DNA of 63,437 nucleotides, filler included, from Octopus bimaculoides (GCF_001194135.2; 4 parts of 4 records of this genome joined end to end with filler, not necessarily neighbours in it), one strand, 5' to 3'; counted from the first letter of the whole stretch, positions 27,196 to 38,874 are shown. Translations and numbers: made by a program. Notes: generated by a model from the letters alone, not told the origin.

Positions 27196-27598
27196 CATCA
27201 TCATCATCATCATCGTTTAACGTCCGCTTTCCATGCTAGCATGGGTTGGACGATTTGACTGAGGACTGGTGAAACCGGATGGCAACACCAGGCTCCAGTC
27301 TGATTTGGCAGAGTTTCTACAGCTGGATGCCCTTCCTAACGCCAACCACTCAGAGAGTGTAGTGGGTGCTTTTACGTGTCACCCGCACGAAAACGGCCAC
27401 GCTCGAAATGGTGTCTTTTATGTGCCACCCGCACAAGCCAGTCCAGGGGCACTGGCAACGATCTCGCTCGAAAATCCTACAGGAGCCAGTCAGGCGGTAC
27501 TGGCAACGGCCACGCTCAAAATGGTGCATCTCATGTGCCACCCGCACAAGAACCAGTCCAGGGGCACTGGCAACGATCTTACTTGGCTTGCCGGGTCT
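27196..27598 (-). mobile_element. RTE 3'UTR copy, CpG-rich (probably young), with duplicated internal modules
   Basis: (CAT)n tail + gtttaacgtccgctttccatgctagcatgggttggacg...ctggatgcccttcctaacgccaacc. Confidence 0.9.
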
Positions 27599-27635
<37 letters not shown>

Positions 27636-27841
27636 GCTTTATGTGTGTATGCATATACACATGTTTGTAATACATGTGTATATACACGTGTAGACATGGA
27701 CGCAAACAGTATGGTATTGCATTACATATATGGGTCTTATTACTTGATAAAGTTCATCAGTGTATGTATACATGTATGTGTGTGTGTATATGTGTATATA
27801 TGTGTGTGTATATGTATATATATATATATATGTATATATCG

Positions 27842-27879
<38 letters not shown>

Positions 27880-27981
27880 TANNNNNNNNNNNNNNNNNNN
27901 NNNNNNNNNNNNNNNNNNNNNNNNNTTAATTAATTAANNNNNNNNNNNNNNNNNNNNNNNNNNNNNNNNNNNNNNNNNNNN

Positions 27982-28011
<30 letters not shown>

Positions 28012-28012
<1 letters not shown>

Positions 28013-28397
28013 CTTTTTTTTTATTTGTTTCAGTCATTTGACTGCAGCCATGCTTGACCACCGCCTTTAGTCGAACAAATGAACCCCAGGACTTATTCTT
28101 TGTAAGCCTAGTACTTATTCTTTTGCCGAACTGCTAAGTTACGGGGACATAAACACACCAGCATCGGTTGTGAAGTGATGATGGGAAGACACACAGACAT
28201 ACAAACATACACACACACATACACACATATATATATACGACGGGCTTCTTTCAGTTTCTATCTACCAAATCCACTCACAAGGCTTTGGTTGGTCTGAGGC
28301 TATAATGGAAGACACTTGCCCAAGGTGTCACGCAGTGAGATGAGAACCCGGAACCATGTGGTTGGTAAGCAAGCTACTAACCACACATCCACTCCTT
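28012..28397 (-). mobile_element. SINE-C, full length
   Basis: Colinear with the reverse complement of 1595-1977. Confidence 0.92.
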
Positions 28398-28534
28398 TGC
28401 CCAAGGACTTATAATGCTACTAGGCAACAAGATATGAAACTCAGAATATAGAGTCAGAACAAACACCACAAGTTATTTCATCCAATGCTGTAATGATTCT
28501 GCCATGATCATTTCTCAAATGAGTATACTGACAA

Positions 28535-28920
28535 CCGTGGAGGCGCAATGGCCCAGTGGTTAAGGCAGCAGACTCGCGGTCGTAGGATCGCGGTTTCGAT
28601 TCCCAGACCGGGCGTTGTGAGTGTTTATTGAGCGAAAACACCTAAAGCTCCATGAGGCTCCAGCAAGGGATGGTGGCGAACCCTGCTGTACTCTTTCACC
28701 ACAACTTTCTCTCACTCTTTCTTCCTGTTTCTGTTGTACCTGTATTTCAAAAAAGGGCCAGCCTTGTCACACTGTGTCACGCTGAATATCCCCAAGAACT
28801 ACGTTAAGGGTACACGTGTCTGTGGAGTGCTCAGCCACTTGCACGTTAATTTCACGAGCAGGCTGTTCCGTTAATCAGATCAACTGGAACCCTCGTCGTC
28901 GTAAGCGACGGAGTGCCAAC
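28535..28920 (+). mobile_element. SINE-A, full length, 10-bp TSD
   Basis: TSD atactgacaa at 28525-28534 and 28921-28930. Confidence 0.96.
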
Positions 28921-28951
28921 ATACTGACAATCAAACCCCTCTCAGGATACC

Positions 28952-29015
28952 ACTGGTCCCTATATGACTGGTCCCTATATAACTGGTCCCTATATAACTG
29001 GTCCCTATATGACTG
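28952..29015. repeat. 15-bp minisatellite (actggtccctatat[g/a]), about 4.3 copies
   Basis: Direct reading. Confidence 0.95.
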
Positions 29016-29674
29016 ATATTTAAGAAATCATGTAGCTGGCTGCTTATTGATTCCATATGAATTTTTGTGTATTTATTCTTAACATGTTTAGGCATGTTCT
29101 GATGCAGACTATGCTGGTCACTGTGGTGTATGTCATAGGAGAATAACTTCTCTCTTTTATGACAACAGTGTGTTCAACACACTCAGCCTATTGGTGCATG
29201 GCATTCTGGAACACCAGTGTTTTGACATGTTGTGTCTCATCAATCAGAAGTAAGCAGAACTCTGAGCCTGAACAAAGCCATAGGCTTTGTTTATTCTTTC
29301 AGCAAAGAAATTATAGGCAGATTGGTGTTTATATCTGCAAACCAATAAAAAAAATCATTATCTATACCATGTACAGCAAAATCTGGAATTAATATTTGTG
29401 TATTTATTCTTAACATAACTCTGCATGTTCAGATGCAAAATATGCTGATCACTATAGCGTATGTCGTATTCTTTAAGAATTTATTTCCCAATAATTTTTT
29501 GCATCTAAAACCATGTGTTGGGACTAATATTGTTATATTTTGGAAGAATCATATTATTAAAGTCTATAAATACACTCACCAGATGATGTTTGTGTACTTT
29601 CTTTCTTCTTTTTCTAAAAATATTTTTCATTGTACCAAACTTGCAGCTTTCTCAGTGAGTATAGGTTTTTAAAC

Positions 29675-30350
29675 TAATAATGAGCTTATCGCACACAGTG
29701 CTACAACTCGTCAGAGAAGGGGAAAAGAAAGGAAAGAAAACTGCAATAAGTGAAGTAAAGACAGACAGCAATGAAAGCCAAAACTGCATGCACAGTATAC
29801 AGGATAAAACAAAATAAGAAAAAAATATAGAAAAGTGAACAGTACAAGGGGATGCTGCAAAGATCCTGGCTTTAAAGGTATCGCAAAAGGCCTGGTTGGA
29901 GACCCAACCCTCTGTGTTCTTTTACAGGGTTTAGGAAAACTGAAGGACTGCTGTAATAAATGTGTGAATCTGAGAGTGGAATATGTTGAATAAAATCATA
30001 ATTAACTGATCCTCCTGTATTTTCTTTTATCCAAGGCCATGAACTTTTCAGCACCCCATTGTAAAGAGGAAAGGGTTCATAAGCAGTTCAGGAGTAAAGC
30101 TGGCAAATTTCAGGAAGTATGGAATTTTTAAAGAATTCATTGTCATGATAGCTAACAACCAATATGGGTAGCTTATTCCATGCTTCAACAATTCTGTGCA
30201 TGAAAAAGTGCTTCCAAAAGGCATGGGCGCTGTGCTGTTTTTTGGGGGGTTTTTCAATTTTATAAGCAGGTCTGTGGATGGTAGAGATATTGAACTTAAA
30301 AAGGTGCCCAAAGTTTTGAAAATATAAACTCATTAAGAAGGCCATAGGTT
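29675..30350 (-). mobile_element. CR1-like LINE 3' fragment (RT C-terminus, 3'UTR), interrupted by a MITE
   Basis: ORF 30088-30345: HRPAYKI...QHSAHAFWKHFFMHRIVEAWNKLP...FKNS matches the CR1/L2 terminal motif RGH...K...FF..RV...WN.LP; UTR ends in an (ATT)-like tail near 29675. Confidence 0.85.
29845..30061. mobile_element. Tc1/mariner-type MITE, 217 bp
   Basis: TA|caaggggatgctgcaaagatcctggc ... gccatgaacttttcagcaccccattg|TA: imperfect TIRs and TA TSD. Confidence 0.85.
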
Positions 30351-30454
30351 TGGTGTGGTGAAAAATATTTTTGGGAAAGGAAGAAAGAATGCAAAAAATA
30401 AAAGTTAATCAGTTTTAATATTGTGATTCTTTGAGGCTGGTAAAATCATTACCA

Positions 30455-30655
30455 TGCTGGGCAAAATGCTTAGCAGCATTTCATCCATCTTTAGTGGCAT
30501 TTCATTCATCATTTCATCCACTCTGAGTTCAAATTCTGCTAAGGTCAGCTTTGGGTTGGTGAAATAAGTACCAGTTAAGCACTGGTGTTGATGTAATAGA
30601 TTTACCCCTCCTCCAAAATTGCTGGCCTTGTGCCAAAATTTGAGATCCAATAATA
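30455..30655 (+). mobile_element. SINE-D
   Basis: gggcaaaatgcttagcagcatt...gagttcaaattctgc...aataagtaccagttaagcactgg...ggccttgtgccaaaatttga. Confidence 0.85.
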
Positions 30656-30699
30656 TGACTCTTTAATAATATAATAATCCTAGAAGACTTCATTTTTGC

Positions 30700-30996
30700 A
30701 TCTGGTTTGCAAGATTCTTTATGTGAATTTGCGTGTTGAAACAAATTTTGTTGTTTTTAAGGTGGGGGGTCATTATGCCAATATAATTAACACACACACT
30801 GGTTCAATTCCATTCCTTTATTATTAGTCAAATAGTTAAATATCTATAACGGACTAAGTCAATAGTCATTGAAAATGTTGCAAGCAGCAATGAAAGAGCT
30901 TTGATAAAACAAAAACAAAACAAATTAAACAGTCCAACAAAGTTGGATATTTAACCAACTGACTACTAATAAAGGAGTGGAATTGAACCAGTGTGT
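30700..30996. mobile_element. Unclassified foldback/MITE-like element, copy 1
   Basis: 37-bp inverted repeat 30794-30830 / 30960-30996 (35/37 identical); upstream 50-mer shared with 48090 and, inverted, with about 31965-32012. Confidence 0.7.
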
Positions 30997-30998
30997 AT

Positions 30999-31397
30999 CT
31001 CTTTTACTCTCTTTTACTTGTTTCAGTCATTTGACTGCGGCCATGCTGGAGCACTGCCTTTAGTCAAGCAAATCGATCCCAGGACTTATTCTTTGGAAGC
31101 CTAGTACTTATTCTATCGGTCTCTTTTGCCAAACCGCTAAGTTACGGGGACGTAAACACACCAACATCAGTTGCCAAGCGATGTTGGGGGGATAAACATA
31201 TACACACACATACATATATATATATATATACATATATACGACGGGCTTCTTTCAGTTTCCGTCTACCAAATCACTCACAAGGCTTTAGTCGGCCCGAGGC
31301 TATAGTAGAAGACACTTGCCCGAGGTGCCACGCAGTGGGACTGAACCCAGAACCATGTGGTTGGTAAGCAAGCTACTTACCACACAGCCACTCCTGC
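30999..31397 (-). mobile_element. SINE-C, full length, little diverged
   Basis: ctcttttacttgtttcagtc ... ccacacagccactcctgc. Confidence 0.95.
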
Positions 31398-31869
31398 GTA
31401 TGTAAATTAAATGACATAATGACTCTCCCTAAAAACAACAAAATCCTAGGAAAATTATGTTGGAATTCTTAAAAATAATGAAATTTGTACTATGTACTGT
31501 TGGCCATTGCCATGAGGTTAAATTTAGCATTATGTTGTTGAAAAGATTTTTTTCTCCTTTCTTTTAACATAAGCTATGAGGGAGATGATGAGGAACTGTC
31601 ATTATGGTTGTTCAAACTATTAGAAATAGCAGCTAAATTATTTGCAAATCATATCTCTTGCCAAAAAAAGTAGAGGGAAAACAAATGGGAGATACATATT
31701 GAATAAAACAGTCTAAGATGAGTTTTGTTGTGTCACCATACCCAACAGGCCAGGAGTAGAGAAGGCATGCCATTGATGTAGTTGCATGTGGCAACAAAAG
31801 AACTTTGATAAACTTACTACGTTAATTGATTGACTTAACAATTATTCAAACAGTCAATTAGCTAATTGG

Positions 31870-32040
31870 TTAATTGTCAGTTAACTGGCAAATAAAAATA
31901 AAGAAGTGAAATAGAACCAGTGCATGTGATTATTAGTGGCATACTGGCCTTCCAGAGATACAACCCAAAAATGTTTCAACACAAGAATTCACATCAAAAA
32001 TCTTGCAAACCAAATACAAAAACGAAAAAATCTAAGAAAA
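31870..32040 (-). mobile_element. Fragment of the same foldback family
   Basis: aatgtttcaacacaagaattcacatcaaaaatcttgcaaacca is the reverse complement of the shared 50-mer. Confidence 0.65.
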
Positions 32041-32499
32041 GCTTTATCTGGAAAGAGGGGATAATTTTGGTTGAAATATTTCTGATTTTAATGTCTGATT
32101 TTCAGCTAAGCTATGAGGGCAATGTCAGTCCAGTACCAGTATTTGACTGGTACTTACAATCTCAACAGAGAAAACAAGCAAGGGTTAGTGATAGGAAAGA
32201 CATCCCACTGTAAAACAATACCTCAATAATACATTTATCCAAACCATGCTAGCATAGAAAATTGACATAAAAACAATTGGATAGAGACCTTAAAGTTTTA
32301 GAAATATTATTACTTTAACTGTTATTGTTATAAAAGGAATCTATTTTGGTTGTAGATGCTAACATTTAATTTAACTAAGTCACTACTTGTATCAAACTAC
32401 AGTTTAATCTCGTCTGTCCATTATTTTCTATGATATCGCTCTAACAATTGTTTCTATAAACTTTTTCCTGGGCTTTATCTTGTCTTATCAGTTTTATTT

Positions 32500-32688
32500 T
32501 ATAAGCTATGTTATTATCATTTTCTATGGTTGTGCTGTTAAGAAGTTCACTTTGCAACCAGATAGTTTTAGGTTCAGTCCCACTAAGCAGCGCCTTGGAC
32601 AAGTCATTTTTACCAAAGTCTCAGACCAGCCAATGCCTTGGTAGACAGACATTATGTGGATGCCCACTGTATTATATATATGGATATA

Positions 32689-32690
<2 letters not shown>
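32500..32690 (+). mobile_element. SINE-C 5' half, diverged
   Basis: ggttcagtcccact...gccttggacaagtc...tggtagacagac. Confidence 0.7.
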
Positions 32691-32722
<32 letters not shown>

Positions 32723-33352
32723 NNNNNNNNNNNNNNNNNNNNNNNNNNNNNNNNNNNNNNNNNNNNNNNNNNNNNNNNNNNNNNNNNNNNNNNNNNNNNN
32801 NNNNNNNNNNNNNNNNNNNNNNNNNNNNNNNNNNNNNNNNNNNNNNNNNNNNNNNNNNNNNNNNNNNNNNNNNNNNNNNNNNNNNNNNNNNNNNNNNNNN
32901 NNNNNNNNNNNNNNNNNNNNNNNNNNNNNNNNNNNNNNNNNNNNNNNNNNNNNNNNNNNNNNNNNNNNNNNNNNNNNNNNNNNNNNNNNNNNNNNNNNNN
33001 NNNNNNNNNNNNNNNNNNNNNNNNNNNNNNNNNNNNNNNNNNNNNNNNNNNNNNNNNNNNNNNNNNNNNNNNNNNNNNNNNNNNNNNNNNNNNNNNNNNN
33101 NNNNNNNNNNNNNNNNNNNNNNNNNNNNNNNNNNNNNNNNNNNNNNNNNNNNNNNNNNNNNNNNNNNNNNGTTAAGTAAATAAATATTTTTTTAAAATAA
33201 GTGCATTTTCAAACCTTCTTTCATATATATTTCCACTCGTACGGTATTCCACAACTTTACTTTATTATATATATATATATATATATATATTGATAGGAAG
33301 AACAACAACAGAAAGAAAGAGACCTCGATATTATGTAAATAGAGAAATTTAT

Positions 33353-33513
33353 CTGTAAAAATATGTGACACTTATTCGGTAGCCATGATAAAACTCCGGG
33401 TCATTTTTCACAGGAATTTTCAATGGCCAGATAACTGAAGAGATGTTAGCATGGGTTCCCAACCTAGCATCCAAATATCATGGCTACCAAATAAGTGTCA
33501 CATATTTTTACAG
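33353..33513. mobile_element. Palindromic MITE core with 38-bp inverted repeats
   Basis: ctgtaaaaatatgtgacacttattcggtagccatgata (33353-33390) vs tatcatggctaccaaataagtgtcacatatttttacag (33476-33513). Confidence 0.8.
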
Positions 33514-33822
33514 AGAGAGAGAGAGAGAGATAACTTATCCAGGTAGGTACCATTCAAGCCCCCTACTATAATTCAAGTTCTGGCTAAACTCATTGAATGA
33601 TATGGATTAACTTGTGACTATTTAAGGTAAAACAATCACATAGTATTTTGTTCAATGGTAAAAGGTGTAATAATAAAACTGTGTAAGTGTATAATTCTCC
33701 ATCTTTATTTTAACGTCTTGTTTGTTTGTTTATATGTATGTATGCATGCAAGCAAGCAAGCAAGCAATGGGTGGGCCAAAAGTCACGCACCAAAACATTT
33801 GTACTACATTGTTGATATTAAT

Positions 33823-34008
33823 TAAGGTGGCAAGCTGCCAAAATCATTAGCACTATGTCCTGAGTTCAAATTCTGCCAAGGTCGACTGCTTTTCATCCTT
33901 TTGAGGTTGATAAATTAAGTACCAGTGAAACACTGGGGGGGGGGGGGTCAATGTAATCAACTAGCCCCCTCCCTTCAAATTTCAGGCCTTGTGCCTTTAG
34001 TAGTAAGG

Positions 34009-34040
<32 letters not shown>
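33823..34040 (+). mobile_element. SINE-D with (ATT)n tail
   Basis: ggtggcaagctg...gagttcaaattctgccaaggtcgact-gctttcatccttttgaggttgataaattaagtaccag. Confidence 0.88.
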
Positions 34041-34044
<4 letters not shown>

Positions 34045-34119
34045 TTGTCCAACTTATGCCAGCATGGACAAAGGACATTAAATGATGATGATGATGATTT
34101 CAATTTTAGAAAGATATTC

Positions 34120-34335
34120 ATATACAGGGAGCTAAACATAGAGGGGACAAACAAGGACAGACAAAGGGATTAAGTTGATTACATCGACCCTAGTACATTA
34201 CTGGTACTTATTTACTCGACCCCCAAAAGGATGAAAGGCAAAAATCAACCTCAGCAGAATTTGAACTCAGAATGTAAAGACAGACAAAATACCGTTAAGC
34301 ATTTCACCTGGCATGCTAATGCTTCTGCCACCTTA
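34120..34335 (-). mobile_element. SINE-D, alternative 3' tail
   Basis: Reverse complement: ggtggcagaagcattagcatgccagg...gagttcaaattctgc...ttgcctttcatcc...gtttgtcccctctatgtttagc. Confidence 0.88.
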
Positions 34336-35289
34336 CATGAAATATATATAAATGAGTTTTAATATTGGTGTGTGACTTTTGGCCCACCTTGTATGTCTGT
34401 ATGTCCGTGTATGCATCTATAAATTTTTAGACAAAACAAGAGAGTTTGTTAATAACATATTTAGATGACATAACTAAATATATTTTATGACCAAAATTTC
34501 TAGTTTTGGATTTTGCTTTCTCAATGTGTCCAGTGGCCTATGCAACAGTGGAATCCAACTAGATGAAACTCAGAACTCTGTCTGTAATAATACATATTTA
34601 CATGCATACATGCATACATACATACATACATACATACATACATTCGTACATATATACATATGGGCGTGTGTGTGTATGTTTGTGTGTGTGTATGTTTGTG
34701 TGTGTGTGTATGTTTGTGTGTGTGTGAACAGTATATTACATTTAAGGAAGGGATTGGTTAATTTAGAAAGCACACATGGTGACCTAAACTCATTGCTGTG
34801 CCACAGGGAGAAGAGGAGAGGAGGAGGAGAGAGAGAAAGAACTGACCCAAGTACTTGAGAGAAAGAGAGAGAAAGAACAAGAAGAAATCAGAGTGAGAGA
34901 GAGAGAGACTGAGCTAAGAGAAGAAACAACTTCAGTATTTGACTGATACTTATTTATCAATTTCTGGAGAATTACAAGACAAAGTTGGCCATAGCAAGAT
35001 TTTGGGTTCAGAGCACAGAGAACCAGGACAAATACTGCAAAGCACTATATCTTGGACAATTCCTCACCTTAGGAGAGAGTTCATAGTATGTGGAATAAGT
35101 TGGATTGCCATGAGAAATGGAAATTCTAGAAATTCAAGTGGAAGGTGTTGTAAACCTGACTGTAGGCAGTGAATGAAGAAAGAAAATGCATTGAAGATTT
35201 GGGAGATATTTGTGATACTGCTTACAACTGTGAATTCCACTGTCTTATTGTACATACAGTTTGGAAAAATTTAGGTGTTTCAAATTTAA

Positions 35290-35770
35290 TACTTTTGATA
35301 CCAGCCTGCCTGAGACTGATTCCTGGTTCTATGATACAAATTTCCTGCTTTAAAGTGATTTAAATTAAATCCTCTCATCGTGTTTCCAACAAAGAACTGT
35401 ATGTGCATACACATCAGCCTGCAGTTTCTCACCTCATAGCTACCCATTGCATACGCTGGTACAGACACGTCCTCCGTCTCCCACTAGATCATCCTAAAAG
35501 AGCTTTATTCTCATTCAATGCAGTAGCTGTGGCCTGGAAGAGGCCTCGTGGCAAGCCCCGCACCAGATGGCTGGACATGATTAAAGAAGATCTCCAGAGG
35601 CTTAATGTTACCTTACAGGATTCAGAGGGGCTGGTGTGGGATCATGATGACAGAAAGCACTTGTGGACCTGGTTGGCTCCTATGCATAATGGGACCATTA
35701 TGCATGATGGGACCACTAACCTAGGATGACCCCAGCCCCATCAAGCAAGAGCGTGAAGCAAGCAAGCAAA
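35290..35770 (+). mobile_element. RTE/RTE-X-type LINE 3' fragment with (CAAG)n tail
   Basis: RVSNKELY...IRWYRHVLRLPLDHPKRAL...WKRPRGKPRTRWLDMIKEDL matches the RTE C-terminal motif LRW.GHV.R...RPRGRP..RW.D. Confidence 0.88.
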
Positions 35771-35824
35771 CATTAAAATTTTATTTTAATTCATGTTCCA
35801 AACACCAGGTTAATAATAACAAAG

Positions 35825-36065
35825 TCCATCTATCCATCTGTCTTTCTCAGCCTACTACTCCTGGGAAGATCATGGGGGTAGAATCCTTTGGCACCTCCTC
35901 CATAGGTTCCGATCAGAAACAACCATCATTAGACTTTCCAGCTGGACTCCCAAGAATGACTAATTGAGACTATGGATATTATCCAATGATCTCATTTTTG
36001 GTCGGCTTCTAGGTCTTCTGCAAGCTGGCTGAGTTTGAAGGATCTGTTTTGCAATTCTTACCATC
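35825..36065 (-). mobile_element. Second RTE-type LINE 3' fragment, tail-to-tail with the previous one
   Basis: Minus strand RIAKQILQTQPACRRPRSRPKMRSLDNIH...VSDRNLWRRC; (GATG)-like tail. Confidence 0.75.
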
Positions 36066-36371
36066 ATTAATTTTTTTTTTAACTTAATTGAAACAAATAC
36101 ACTGTATTTCAATGGAAATATTGTAATGAAAAGGTTAACTGCCTTGGCTAATGACAGCAATATGCAACCAAGAACCAAATGTCTTGGTTTCAGACACTAT
36201 TGCAGAGCTGACAACAAGGTACAAACAGCCAAATCCTTACTTCTCTATTAACCTGGGGTTCTAAAGATTTTATATAACTCCTTACTACTACAGGAACAAG
36301 GCTTAAAATTTAGTGAGAGGAGGATTGTCAATTACATCAATCCCAGTGCTCAACTGGTACTGATTTCATTG

Positions 36372-36603
36372 GAATCTAGGACATTTACCCCCCAGGAACA
36401 ATAAACCCCCACCACCAGGAACAATAAACCCCCACCACCAGGAACAATTACCCCTGAGGACAAAAGATGATGATTTAGAACTTATTAATATATCGGAGAG
36501 GAGGTAATTAACGAGGGGGGAGTAATTGTCCTAGGGGCCAGTTGTCGTCGGGGGAATTGTCCTAGTGGGGGTAATTGTCCTAGGTGAGTAATCGTCCTGA
36601 TAC
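36372..36603. mobile_element. MuDR-like MITE with inverted subterminal tandem repeats
   Basis: Termini gaatctaggac / gtcctgatac; repeated (ggacaattacccc)-type units inverted at each end; 10-bp TSD gatttcattg / gattccattg. Confidence 0.8.
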
Positions 36604-36668
36604 GATTCCATTGACCCCGAAAGGATAGCAAGCAAAGTCAACTTTGACAGAATTTGAACTCAGAACAT

Positions 36669-37052
36669 GGTTGGCACTCCGTCGGTTACGATGTTGTGGG
36701 TTCTAGTTGATCCAATCAATGGAACAGCCTGCTCGTGAAATTAACATGCAAGTAGCTGAGCACTCCACAGACACATGTACCCTTAACATAGTTTTAGGGG
36801 AAATTCAGCGTGACACAGAGTGTGACAAGGCTGGCCCTTTGAAATACAGGTACAACAGAAACAGGAAGAAAGAGTGAGAGAAAGTTGTGGTGAAAGAGTA
36901 CAGCAGGGTTCGCCACCACACCCTGCCAGAGCCTCGTGGAGCTTTAGGTGTTTTTGTTCAATAAATACTCACAACGCCCGGTCTGGGAATCGAAACCGTG
37001 ATCCTACAACCGCGAGTCCACTGCCCTAACCACTGGGCCATTGAGCTTCCAC
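36669..37052 (-). mobile_element. SINE-A, full length, 11-bp TSD
   Basis: TSD actcagaacat at 36658-36668 and 37053-37063. Confidence 0.96.
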
Positions 37053-37698
37053 ACTCAGAACATAAGGACAAACAAAATGTCATTAAGCATTTTGTGCAAT
37101 GTGTTAACAACACTGCCTGCTCCCCACCTTATTGATTTTATAATAATTAACATAAAATTTTAATAAAATATATTTTATGGCAAAAAGGTTGACTCTGTCC
37201 TTGCAGAACTCTTATTTAAATAATAACGTTTCAGATATTTTGTTCGTAGCTCATGAACAACCTCTACGACCTAGTTTTGATTCTCAATAGCAATATTTCA
37301 CTTCACTTATTTAATTAATGCTCTTGAAAATGACTCAAGTACCATTTAGTCTCATTTCCACTAAGTCTGTGAAACTGATTATTGTAGGCTTTCAATTCTA
37401 CTGTCTATTGAGACAAGAATGCCACATCAAACTGGACACTCTGGTAATGTGAGAATAGAGGGAATGATTTACAAAGTGGTAAATAAGCCACACGATATGG
37501 ACATGTCCTAAGTGTGTAAAGGATGGACATGTCATACATGTGAGAGTGTAAAAGATGATATGTAAAAGATAGGATAGTCAAGATCATACAGACATGTCAC
37601 TGGTTAGATGTGACTGTGTGGTTGATGGTATCTGAAAGATAGACAAGTCAATATGATATAAACAAGTCATAAGTATATGACATGTCTATATATTATAT

Positions 37699-38103
37699 CA
37701 GAGGTAGTATCGAAAAGTTTCTGGATTAGTTCTGTAGTGCATCAACAGATGGCAGCACATGGTTGCACGCACAATGAGAGCTAGCAGTGACCTTCATGAA
37801 GCGGTATATCAAGTGACATTGTTGTGTATATTCTGCAAGTTGTGGAATTTGTGTTTTTGTGATCAAGTGTTTGCTGTAGTTTGTGATTTTTGTCATGGAC
37901 AGCAACAAAAAGCCAACATGTAGTTTTGCACTAAACTTGGTAAGTCTGCTACAGAGACATTGGGTATGTTTCAGTCGGCTTATAGCGATGAGGCAATGGG
38001 CTTTACACAATGTTTCGAGTGGCATGGACGCTTCAAGAGTGAAAGAACATCCCTGGAAGATGATGAATGATCTGGAAAACCTGCCACAAGCGTCACCTCC
38101 AGA
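37699..38103 (+). pseudogene. mariner-family DNA transposon 5' part: TIR plus decayed N-terminal HTH of the transposase
   Basis: TIR-like gaggtagtatcgaaaagtttctgg; frame from 37897: QQKANM*FCTKLGKSATETLGMFQSAYSDEAM..QCFEWHGRFKSERTSLEDDE*SGKP matches the Mos1-type HTH (IKFC.KLGK.A.ET...W..RFK.GR..L.D..RSGRP). Confidence 0.93.
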
Positions 38104-38874
38104 TTTATGGGTTCTTAGTATATATATATATATATNNNNNNNNNNNNNNNNNNNNNNNNNNNNNNNNNNNNNNNNNNNNNNNNNNNNNNNNNNNNNNNNN
38201 NNNNNNNNNNNNNNNNNNNNNNNNNNNNNNNNNNNNNNNNNNNNNNNNNNNNNNNNNNNNNNNNNNNNNNNNNNNNNNNNNNNNNNNNNNNNNNNNNNNN
38301 NNNNNNNNNNNNNNNNNNNNNNNNNNNNNNNNNNNNNNNNNNNNNNNNNNNNNNNNNNNNNNNNNNNNNNNNNNNNNNNNNNNNNNNNNNNNNNNNNNNN
38401 NNNNNNNNNNNNNNNNNNNNNNNNNNNNNNNNNNNNNNNNNNNNNNNNNNNNNNNNNNNNNNNNNNNNNNNNNNNNNNNNNNNNNNNNNNNNNNNNNNNN
38501 NNNNNNNNNNNNNNNNNNNNNNNNNNNNNNNNNNNNNNNNNNNNNNNNNNNNNNNNNNNNNNNNNNNNNNNNNNNNNNNNNNNNNNNNNNNNNNNNNNNN
38601 NNNNNNNNNNNNNNNNNNNNNNNNNNNNNNNNNNNNNNNNNNNNNNNNNNNNNNNNNNNNNNNNNNNNNNNNNNNNNNNNNNNNNNNNNNNNNNNNNNNN
38701 NNNNNNNNNNNNNNNNNNNNNNNNNNNNNNNNNNNNNNNNNNNNNNNNNNNNNNNNNNNTATATATATATATACATACATATATAAACTTAGTGTTAACA
38801 AAAGTCAGGATATGTGGCATTCAGTTATTCCATAAGTGAAAAATGCATTAAATACTACAAAATGTACACGTAGG

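Larger units (their letters stand above)
33769..34391. mobile_element. Tc1-like TIR element hosting two SINE-D copies and an RTE tail
   Basis: ggtgggccaaaagtcacgcaccaaaacatt vs aatattggtgtgtgacttttggcccacc; right end cccaccttg|TA. Confidence 0.75.
36285..37115 (-). mobile_element. SINE-D split by two younger insertions
   Basis: Removing both inserts restores ctggtactgatttcattgaccccgaaagg...aatttgaactcagaacataagg...aagcattttgtgcaatgtgttaac. Confidence 0.85.

Noticed and set aside
28952-29015. CRISPR-like array (also the 15782-16520 motif series and 36385-36450)
   Set aside because: There are no unique spacers of regular length, no cas genes, and the context is eukaryotic; these are minisatellites or MITE subterminal repeats.
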